From: Candidatus Omnitrophota bacterium
GTDB taxonomy: Bacteria > Omnitrophota > Gorgyraeia > Gygaellales > Profunditerraquicolaceae
NCBI GenBank assembly: GCA_026387335.1
Contig: JAPLLX010000005.1
Span: 1 to 59,531, forward strand
Length of the DNA: 59,531 bases
Direction: 5' to 3'
The translations under genes and the position numbers were made by a program. Positions within the stretch are counted from its first letter, which is position 1, and each line of letters starts with the position of its first letter. Of this stretch, positions 34,949 to 42,430 are shown in pieces. The notes beneath the pieces were generated by a model. That model made no database searches, was not told where the DNA came from, and saw only the letters and a program-made list of their open reading frames with translations.

Positions 34949-37900
34949 CTAACTTTCGTATTGAGGCAAGATTGGAGAAATGGGAATAGACTGAGCATTA
35001 CTACGACTCTCTTTATAATTCGTCAGCACATCACAGATACTACTTAGCTTGTTTTTATCACCTTCTATAAATTTAAGCAAAACTTTTTCCTCTAAATTCT
35101 CAATATCATTCATAGTACATATATTATTACTTAGGAGACGTAAATAATCGCCTCTTGTGAGCTTTTTGCCTAATCTCATTGCAATTTCGAGAATTTTTCC
35201 TGATACTCCTAATTCAAGACGAACTAAAAATCGAGACACTCTTTGATTCAAATCACTGCCAGGATATAAAATTTCTACAACCCTTGCAACTACGGGCAAA
35301 ATATCACAAGTTCTAGAAACGACGCTTCTGATTGGTCCTGCAGCACCGTCAAATTTTCCACCAAATTGCGTCAAAATATCCTCCATATCTATAAGGGGCT
35401 TATCCGTAATCCATAAAAGACAAGCCACAGCTTTTTTCGCTCTTAATGTTGACTGGCTTTCTTCTTTAATTGAATACCTTAATGAAGAGAGAACGCATTC
35501 TGGAACACCTTGATTTCGGATTTCACTCATCCAAGTTTGTGGTTCTTTTTGAGTACTCTTTTTATTAATTGGAAAATGTATATCATTAAGCTCAACAGAA
35601 ATTTGAGTAACGGCAATCAAAGTAGGATCGTTGATACTCTCTGGGTCAACGCTCTTAAATGTCCTAACGAAACGAATAATACTTTCTACCTCTACACCAG
35701 CTTCGCCTGACAATCTGCCTAATTGAGTAAGATGATATAATCCATTCTGATCAATTTTAATAAGATCATTTGCAACCAACCCATCCAAAGCACTTTTAAG
35801 AATTGCTTCATCCCAAACCCATCGTTGATCTATTTGTTTCCGTTGAAATACACCAAAGCTCTGTTCTAAGAATTCTATTATTTCTTGCGCTGGAAGACCT
35901 TGGCCTGATCGTTCTGCAGCTGTAAGAACACGCACTATAAGTGAACGTGGATCAGTATTTGAAGCTAGAAACTTTGAATTTAAATCTTCTGGTGAACCCA
36001 ATACATAATTTCTCCATACTTGATATTCCTCATTCCCATCTTGAGCTATCACATAAGAAGTACCTTTTTTAGTAAATCCAAGCCTACCTGCCCTACCAAT
36101 GATATTTTTGTATTCAGCAATAGAATAGGGCTTATTACCTGGATGCATCAAACCAGCGATAACCACTGCTTCGGCAGGTGTATTAACGCCCATCGCTAAG
36201 GTCGTAGTGGCGGAAATCACTTTCAATGCAGTAGGCGAAGCTCTAAATTGTTCTTCAATAAGCAACCTCTCTTCTGTATCCAAATCAGAAATATGGAAAG
36301 CTGTGCCTCCTGCTAGTGCATCTCTTAATCGTTGAGAAGAAAGAGAGGGATCTCCGTTAGGCAGCATATCTAATACTGATTGAGCCGGAGCTAGACCCAG
36401 CGTTTCAGCAAGATATAGGGCACAACCTCTAGCTTCTCCTCTTGTTTCCCTAAAAACAATCACACTCTTACCTTCGCTAACTAATTTCCTAACTAATGGA
36501 ATTATTAAATCTTGGCTTGATCCTTTACGGAATTCAGGGACTATGTGTCTTGTTATCACCGCTTCTTTACCATCTTCAGCAGATATAAATCTGAAACTAC
36601 CGTCTAACCTAAGCACTCCTTCATCTAGGGGGATTGGTCTTTCTGTTCTCTTAAGTAATCTAGCATTAAGCCAGCGTTCAAGACCATTTGTATCACCAAT
36701 AACAGCTGATAGGGCAATAAGCTGTGGTTCAATACCTTGTCTACGACGCATCTTTAAAAGCGTAAGAATGAACTCGAGATTTACTCCTCTAGATTCGTCT
36801 GCTATCATTTGAACTTCATCTATAACCACCGTTCCTACTTGTTCAAGAATATGTGGATTACCGAGAACTAAAGCTGAGAATTTTTCATATGTCATTAGAC
36901 AGATGTCATACTGTCCACGCATCAAAGGCAAGATATCGTCGCTTGTACTATCGCCAGTAGCTCTAATAGTTTTTATTCCAAAATCTTGGTATGCTAATGT
37001 AAAATGTCTGAATTTATCATTTACCAGAGCTTTTAAAGGAAAAAGAAATATTGCTCTCTTTCGCTCTAAAACATTCTTTAAGGCAGCAAGTTCACCTATC
37101 ATTGTTTTTCCTGAAGAAGTCGGCGCTGAAACAACTATATGTTCTCCATCAAGCAGATTAAACTCATTTATGGCATCTACCTGTAATTGATTAAGCGAAG
37201 GTATTAAACCAGCCCATACTTTTAACAACTCTTGTGGGAAACCGTAAACTGTCAAACTTTTAACATCAGTAGTAACTTTATGTTTTGTACGTTCGGGAAA
37301 AAGAGATTGATATAACGCCCCCGGTTTAAAAACTGGCCATGTTAAATCCCCATTGATAGTGCCGCGTAACGTTGGATGTTGCGGCTTCCCTAACTTTGAA
37401 GCATCGTCTATTACACGTTGCGTTACATATTCAAGAAGCCGATAAACTCCAATTTTTCCTGCTTTAGTAACTTCTTCAACGCCTTGTATTGCAGAAAGCA
37501 AGTGATATGTTAAGAGCCCGTGACCATATTTTTGATTTTCCCAAGCCTTCTCTGTTGCAAGAGACGCGGTAATAATCAACCTTCCTTCTCCCGATAACTG
37601 CTTGAGGAGCTCTTCTGTTGATCTTAGTTCTCTAGCGCTCATATCTACTTGAAGTGCCTTAGCACCCATACCACCAGAAAAACAACAATCCAAAATAAAA
37701 ATTAAACGGTTCGTACGAATACGAAATAACCATTCCGATAAAACATCTAACGGAATACAGGTTTCAGTTAAATTGCTCCTATCGGCATCATATGTAACTA
37801 GTTCGTGGGTTTCTGTGCCATGTCCAGAAAATGCAATCACAACAACATCATCATCGCTACATCCAGATAATTTATTAAATTCTAGTTCAATAGCTGCACG

Positions 37901-38056
37901 ACTAGCATCTTTATCTATAAGCAGTTTCGTGTTGTTTCCCAGGTTATCAGTAAAGAGACCATACAGAGCCTTGGCATCACACTTAGCACAATTTAGCCAA
38001 TTAATTGTAGGTGAAGCATATCTGTCTATACCGATAAAAAGTCCGTAGAATTTCAT
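34949..38056 (-). CDS. Fusion protein: N-terminal caspase-like peptidase C14 domain plus Ski2/Hel308-like SF2 (DExH) helicase with a winged-helix/ratchet-like C-terminal region
   Basis: Caspase part (about aa 1-240): GLFIGIDRY, AFSGHG (His79), ILDCCFSGG (Cys125), YGHGLLTYHLLSAIQG. Helicase part: Q-motif-like LNQLQVDAI, Walker A SAPTSSGKT (about aa 311-318), DEVQ (413-416), SAV, TTTLAMGVNTPA, GRAGR. The C-terminal roughly 330 aa are helical. Confidence 0.85.
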   Translation of the reverse strand: MKFYGLFIGIDRYASPTINWLNCAKCDAKALYGLFTDNLGNNTKLLIDKDASRAAIELEFNKLSGCSDDDVVVIAFSGHGTETHELVTYDADRSNLTETCIPLDVLSEWLFRIRTNRLIFILDCCFSGGMGAKALQVDMSARELRSTEELLKQLSGEGRLIITASLATEKAWENQKYGHGLLTYHLLSAIQGVEEVTKAGKIGVYRLLEYVTQRVIDDASKLGKPQHPTLRGTINGDLTWPVFKPGALYQSLFPERTKHKVTTDVKSLTVYGFPQELLKVWAGLIPSLNQLQVDAINEFNLLDGEHIVVSAPTSSGKTMIGELAALKNVLERKRAIFLFPLKALVNDKFRHFTLAYQDFGIKTIRATGDSTSDDILPLMRGQYDICLMTYEKFSALVLGNPHILEQVGTVVIDEVQMIADESRGVNLEFILTLLKMRRRQGIEPQLIALSAVIGDTNGLERWLNARLLKRTERPIPLDEGVLRLDGSFRFISAEDGKEAVITRHIVPEFRKGSSQDLIIPLVRKLVSEGKSVIVFRETRGEARGCALYLAETLGLAPAQSVLDMLPNGDPSLSSQRLRDALAGGTAFHISDLDTEERLLIEEQFRASPTALKVISATTTLAMGVNTPAEAVVIAGLMHPGNKPYSIAEYKNIIGRAGRLGFTKKGTSYVIAQDGNEEYQVWRNYVLGSPEDLNSKFLASNTDPRSLIVRVLTAAERSGQGLPAQEIIEFLEQSFGVFQRKQIDQRWVWDEAILKSALDGLVANDLIKIDQNGLYHLTQLGRLSGEAGVEVESIIRFVRTFKSVDPESINDPTLIAVTQISVELNDIHFPINKKSTQKEPQTWMSEIRNQGVPECVLSSLRYSIKEESQSTLRAKKAVACLLWITDKPLIDMEDILTQFGGKFDGAAGPIRSVVSRTCDILPVVARVVEILYPGSDLNQRVSRFLVRLELGVSGKILEIAMRLGKKLTRGDYLRLLSNNICTMNDIENLEEKVLLKFIEGDKNKLSSICDVLTNYKESRSNAQSIPISPILPQYES

Positions 38057-38134
38057 TTTTCTTAGTGTTTATGTATGAATTTTACCTCAGGTATCTGTCT
38101 GTAGCAAAGATTCCTCATAGTTCTCCTCAATCTT

Positions 38135-39016
38135 TTAAATAAATACGCCTTTATCATCAAAAGGTGTATAAACTCCCCCTGTAAAATTACCATAATTCAA
38201 ACCAAATTTAATTTCGATGCCTAAAAGAACATAGGCAATCGCTAGAGTGGTTCGGGGATCAAGTGTTATCCCATTTTTCTCAGTATGCGATGCTCCGCTA
38301 ACTTCTATTATCTCCACTTTGCTTTTATAAAAATCTGGATCTAACCCTTCTTTATTGTATTTTGCGCTTCTCATGACCGCCAAATCTATTGTTCCTGCAA
38401 AGCAATACAATTTCTTAACCCTATTTAGAAGTTTTTCTCTTGTTCCTATCTCATTTATATACTTGATTGGGAATTGGTCAGGATCTAAGTTTACACATTG
38501 CATCATATGATGCAGTTCACCTTTTTTGAGTTTAGGAAGAAGATCTGCTAACTCTCTACCTTCATGAGGAGTAGCAACAGTGATTAGACTATTAACTTTT
38601 AAAAGTGGGCTGACATCATCAATTACGGCTGCAACTGCGTCTAAACCACCCATGCTGTGTCCAACTAAATCAAAATCTTGACTTTCCTCTATTTTACTCA
38701 AAATTTTGTTTTTAAGAATGACCCCAAAATCGAGGAAACTCTTGCATCTTTTAGATTCATCATCGCTAAAAGTTACGTATTCCACTAAATCGCAATTCTT
38801 GAATATTCCTGAAAACCACTCTTTTATAGAAATACCGAATTTCTTATTACTAACTGTCCACCATGTATTATCCTCATCAGTCCAACCAGGAACAAAAAAA
38901 ACTGGCCTCTTAAGAGTTAATTTTTGCAGTGAGAATTGACTCAGCTTACTTAGTGCATTCTCTTTCTGTTTCTTCCTCTCCTCTATCATATCTTGGACTA
39001 CACCAGTAGTAGGCAT
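38135..39016 (-). CDS. Alpha/beta-hydrolase, lipase/esterase-like (PGAP1/DUF676-like)
   Basis: PVFFVPGW oxyanion-region pattern, nucleophile elbow GHSMGG (Ser121), and a downstream TVATPHEG motif. AAAGGAGGAATATT lies before the ATG. Confidence 0.7.
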   Translation of the reverse strand: MPTTGVVQDMIEERKKQKENALSKLSQFSLQKLTLKRPVFFVPGWTDEDNTWWTVSNKKFGISIKEWFSGIFKNCDLVEYVTFSDDESKRCKSFLDFGVILKNKILSKIEESQDFDLVGHSMGGLDAVAAVIDDVSPLLKVNSLITVATPHEGRELADLLPKLKKGELHHMMQCVNLDPDQFPIKYINEIGTREKLLNRVKKLYCFAGTIDLAVMRSAKYNKEGLDPDFYKSKVEIIEVSGASHTEKNGITLDPRTTLAIAYVLLGIEIKFGLNYGNFTGGVYTPFDDKGVFI

Positions 39017-39039
39017 AATATTCCTCCTTTTTTACATAC

Positions 39040-39071
39040 AAAAAACCCTCGCCTTTTGAGCGAAGGTTTTA
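39040..39071 (-). terminator. Rho-independent terminator after the 215-aa gene
   Basis: On the minus strand, stem ACCUUCGC/GCGAGGGU (with one G-U pair) is followed by UUUUUUG. A-run and T-run flank both sides, so it could act in both directions. Confidence 0.55.
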
Positions 39072-39144
39072 ATTATTTTAAAGTGGCGGATTTACCCCTT
39101 CAAACTGCACCACTTGTTAAATTTATCAAATTCATTCTAAAAAT

Positions 39145-39792
39145 TTACGTAAAAGTTGCTCCTTCGTCTCCTAAGCATACTTGATGACTCATATCCCATA
39201 ATAAATATCTAATAGCAAAATAATTATACGAGGATGGCCCCTCAATGACTAAGTTACCGATATTCTTTTTAAATAGATCTTTCGACCTATTATTCGCATC
39301 CCCTGTTGTATGGCCTTTTAATAAAGCAATTGGAATATGATTTGAGGGTTCTAAAAATAATTCTGCAGTTTTATCTTCAAGTGGTCTTCTTATATTTGTT
39401 GAGTTAGAAGCTACTATAAACTCTTCTTTATATCCTAGATAAGCAAGAGCACCTTGTGTTATGCAATTTTGTCCCAACTTCTTTGCAGAATTACAAGAAC
39501 GAGCATAAATAATCTTACCTTTTATGGCTTTGTTATCATCCTCCTTTAAAATAACTTCATTATCATGGCCATGAACAGAAATATCACTACCGTGCCCATT
39601 TAAGATAACTAACTTCGCACCCGTTTTTTCCAAAATCCCGATAACTCTGTTCCTATTCGCCTTTTCACGGTGGAGGTCTATAACTTTTACATTCTTCTTT
39701 TGTGCTATATCTATTATTTGCTCACTCCATTTAGAAAGATAATGAGTTGCTTCATCGTGTTCTGGTCTTGTAATGAGTAACACTCCTACCAT
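39145..39792 (-). CDS. Small protein with a caspase/CHAT-like His-Cys pattern (tentative)
   Basis: A beta-strand followed by GHG (LVILNGHGSD, His67), a second hydrophobic strand ending in Cys (KIIYARSCNS, Cys100), then GALAYLGY. This is the order seen in caspase-hemoglobinase-fold proteases. The call rests on pattern only. Confidence 0.4.
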   Translation of the reverse strand: MVGVLLITRPEHDEATHYLSKWSEQIIDIAQKKNVKVIDLHREKANRNRVIGILEKTGAKLVILNGHGSDISVHGHDNEVILKEDDNKAIKGKIIYARSCNSAKKLGQNCITQGALAYLGYKEEFIVASNSTNIRRPLEDKTAELFLEPSNHIPIALLKGHTTGDANNRSKDLFKKNIGNLVIEGPSSYNYFAIRYLLWDMSHQVCLGDEGATFT

Positions 39793-39797
39793 ATAGC

Positions 39798-40049
39798 TTA
39801 ATTTTGGTTTAGCTGTTCTAGTAAAACACCTTCTTTTAAAGCTCTCAAGAAAGACAGCTCTATGTCAACAATTTTCTGACCGACTTCGTCTCCTTGTTTT
39901 ACGCATTCAATAAGCTGCTCTCTGGTAAATTCGCCTACTGAACCGATATGAATTCTTACATGAGAAGGAAGAACATCAAGTCGCTCAATAACAAGATCTT
40001 TTAGCTCTTCTGAGATTTCTTTTTTTTGTTGCCCTGCTTCTTCTGTCAT
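39798..40049 (-). CDS. Small acidic hypothetical protein (83 aa)
   Basis: ORF abutting the upstream 69-aa ORF (the stop of one is adjacent to the start of the other) and ending 5 nt before the 215-aa gene starts. Confidence 0.5.
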   Translation of the reverse strand: MTEEAGQQKKEISEELKDLVIERLDVLPSHVRIHIGSVGEFTREQLIECVKQGDEVGQKIVDIELSFLRALKEGVLLEQLNQN

Positions 40050-40259
40050 TTAAATTATGCCTAATCCTTTTAATTTTTCCAGAATTTGTTCGCACCTTGC
40101 TGTATTGTTTTTTACCTCAAAATAAACAACTTCCCATGTAATAGGTTGTTTTTTCCCTTCTTCTTCTAAAACAAGTACAATTTCTTTACGCGTGTTTAGC
40201 GGAAGATTCGCATAAGCTTTTAGAAACTGCTCTCTATTATTATTTTCTGGATTACACAT
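40050..40259 (-). CDS. Small hypothetical protein (69 aa), weakly similar to the 83-aa neighbour
   Basis: First gene of the minus-strand cluster. Shares a loose L-P ... R..I ... T.E ... VK pattern with the next ORF. Confidence 0.45.
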   Translation of the reverse strand: MCNPENNNREQFLKAYANLPLNTRKEIVLVLEEEGKKQPITWEVVYFEVKNNTARCEQILEKLKGLGII

Positions 40260-40696
40260 AAATTAATAGAAATAAAACAAAGGTAGGTACCTATATCCTA
40301 AAAATCTGCCTATATACATAAAGGTAAGATTAAATTTCCTCAGTGATATCCGTAATTAACCCAATTGAATTACCCTTAGGTTAATTATACTAGATAATAA
40401 GGCAATGTCAAATAAATTGTGAGCTAGGAGTTAATCAGTTAAGAATGCGTTATTTTAATAAAACAGAACTATTCCCTAAATATTGCCCTTTTCTAGTACT
40501 AGAATTATTTTAGTAGCGAAACTTGAGCTACCTCTCTTTGTATCTCTGAACCCTGTAAATGTCCAAAAAGTGTCCATTTGATATTAAAAATCATTAAAAT
40601 TACTTAAAATACTTTAAAACAAAAAATTCTTTAACTTATTGAAGGAGTTCATAGTTACAATAAAATCAACGGCTTACAGGAATTATTCCGGACGGT

Positions 40697-40734
40697 TTAA
40701 GAGTGTCCTGCTCTGCCAATTGAGCTAATGGCCC
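40697..40734 (-). repeat. Orphan 5' half of tRNA-Lys(CTT) (acceptor 5' strand through the anticodon loop)
   Basis: 37/38 identity to 33281-33318. Similarity stops exactly after the anticodon loop. There is no 3' half next to it. Confidence 0.85.
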
Positions 40735-40754
40735 GCATTTAAATTTGATTTTCT

Positions 40755-40783
40755 ATTTTAACCCAAAATGGCTAGTTTGGCAA
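40755..40783 (-). promoter_or_regulatory. Sigma-70-like promoter in front of the orphan tRNA-Lys half
   Basis: Minus strand: TTGCCA (40783-40778), a 17-nt spacer, TAAAAT (40760-40755), then 20 nt to the first tRNA nucleotide. Confidence 0.5.
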
Positions 40784-40815
40784 GAAACGTTTTAAAGAAC
40801 CGGCCTTTAATGGCC

Positions 40816-42204
40816 TTATTCAAGCGTAATCACCCGAAAAGCTGTGCAACCTGAAGGCAAATAAGCCTTAGACGACTCAAACGCGAATAAGATACTCTCG
40901 GGGTTGCCTAACACGCTAAGTGGTATTTTAAGAATTACCGACTCGGGATTAAATTCCAGAAACGCTCCTTCAGGATGAATATACTTATCTGTAGTGCCGT
41001 TAAATATGCTCAGTTTATTATATCTGGCAAACACAAGGATATTCGGCATCTCGGCAAAAAGAGTATCTTTTCTACACCCAAAAATACCGAAAAAGTAAGA
41101 TAATCTCTGTTTATACTCTTTTGGTTTTTTGATTTTAACCCAGAGGACATTATCTACAATTGCGTAACCGATCCATTGCATGTCCGAAGTAAAAACAACC
41201 TCTTTACTCTGCTTGCCGGATGACCCGGAAGTATATTGCTTCTTTAAATTAATATAAGGAAATTCTCCGAACAGCTCATTCTGGCGCACAAAGGCCGTAA
41301 GGTAAAAACCACTAATGCGGAACTGGGTATCATAGGCACGCATGGCTTTATACTTCTTGTTTATTTCTTCTTCTGTCAGTTTAAGTTGGCGCCAATTAAC
41401 CAACCCCAAGGTATCGCCAAAGAATTTTGAGGGAGGTTCTATCTCAAGAGATGGATGATAATGCCGGGGAAGCGGCCAGCCAGGAACATGGATGAGGTAC
41501 GGATAAATCTTTGGCGCGGGCATCCTTTGGCCTAAGTCAGACAAAGCAGTCATCAGGTATAAATAATTCGCCCAATGGTCGCCGTTAACATCAGAAGGAG
41601 AGGTAACAAATACCTTAGTCGGCTTATAACCAAAAATGATTTGTTTTAAGTCTGTTATAATATTATCCGCGGTAAATTCTTTTTGATAACCCACGCTTTC
41701 TTCATAAGGGACAGTTGAATGCCCGCTAAAAGAGCTCCTGTACGGCCTTTCGTGATCCCAATTAGCGATAAACATCTGGTCTGTCCCGTGGTCAGGATAA
41801 CCTAGAAAGATAAGGTCGCTCTCTTGTATCCCCAGTATCTTCATTGCATTTATTGCTTCATGCACGCGCTGATGCCCCAGCGTGATAAAATCCTTCTTCC
41901 TTAAGGAAAGCAGTCTAAACGGAAAAAATAATTTGTTATAGAATACTATGGAAAATATATTATTATCCCCGCAGGTCAAATACGCCACTTTTACCTGCGC
42001 ACCGGCCTTAAGGGCGCGCTGCATCATGCCTCCGCAGCCTAAGTCTTCATCATCAGGATGAGGAGCAAGGACCAGAACGCGGTCTTCTTTTGAAAATGGT
42101 TCAAGCTCGGGAAATTCTTGGGGTTGGGCAGCGGCTATTGGCTGCGTAACGAAAAAACATACCGTTAAAACGAACAATGCCCGGTATAATAATTTTAAGA
42201 ACAT
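40816..42204 (-). CDS. PIG-L/LmbE-family deacetylase with a C-terminal extension, secreted or membrane-anchored
   Basis: Signal/anchor sequence, then VLVLAPHPDDEDLGCGG, which is the PIG-L zinc-binding motif. Confidence 0.7.
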   Translation of the reverse strand: MFLKLLYRALFVLTVCFFVTQPIAAAQPQEFPELEPFSKEDRVLVLAPHPDDEDLGCGGMMQRALKAGAQVKVAYLTCGDNNIFSIVFYNKLFFPFRLLSLRKKDFITLGHQRVHEAINAMKILGIQESDLIFLGYPDHGTDQMFIANWDHERPYRSSFSGHSTVPYEESVGYQKEFTADNIITDLKQIIFGYKPTKVFVTSPSDVNGDHWANYLYLMTALSDLGQRMPAPKIYPYLIHVPGWPLPRHYHPSLEIEPPSKFFGDTLGLVNWRQLKLTEEEINKKYKAMRAYDTQFRISGFYLTAFVRQNELFGEFPYINLKKQYTSGSSGKQSKEVVFTSDMQWIGYAIVDNVLWVKIKKPKEYKQRLSYFFGIFGCRKDTLFAEMPNILVFARYNKLSIFNGTTDKYIHPEGAFLEFNPESVILKIPLSVLGNPESILFAFESSKAYLPSGCTAFRVITLE

Positions 42205-42253
42205 ATTATTCTATCCCCTTCTCCTATCCTTATTTCTTAAAAAGACCAATTGG

Positions 42254-42403
42254 CTATGACCATAAATACCATAGGGTCTTTATTTCCGTTGTAGTTGGCC
42301 AGGCCAATCTGCAGGCCATTACTGGTTTTGTCCCCTTGGCAAAGGCCAAATTTGTTGCACAACAAAAAAAGATCAGTAATAAACCTAAAGTTTTTTTATC
42401 CAT
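42254..42403 (-). CDS. Possible small secreted peptide (49 aa)
   Basis: Below the track's size cutoff. ATG at 42401-42403 follows GGAAAGGAAG. Translation MDKKTLGLLLIFFCCATNLAFAKGTKPVMACRLAWPTTTEIKTLWYLWS has a signal-peptide-like start. Confidence 0.25.
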   Translation of the reverse strand: MDKKTLGLLLIFFCCATNLAFAKGTKPVMACRLAWPTTTEIKTLWYLWS

Positions 42404-42430
42404 CCGGCTTCCTTTCCGAATACCTCTTTA

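Larger units (their letters stand above)
33281..40734. mobile_element. Genomic island (about 7.4 kb) bounded by 38-bp direct repeats derived from the 5' half of tRNA-Lys(CTT); no intact integrase
   Basis: 33281-33318 and 40697-40734 are 37/38 identical (ttaagagtgtcctgctc[c/t]gccaattgagctaatggccc). The interior looks AT-rich by eye and carries defence-like cargo. Confidence 0.75.
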
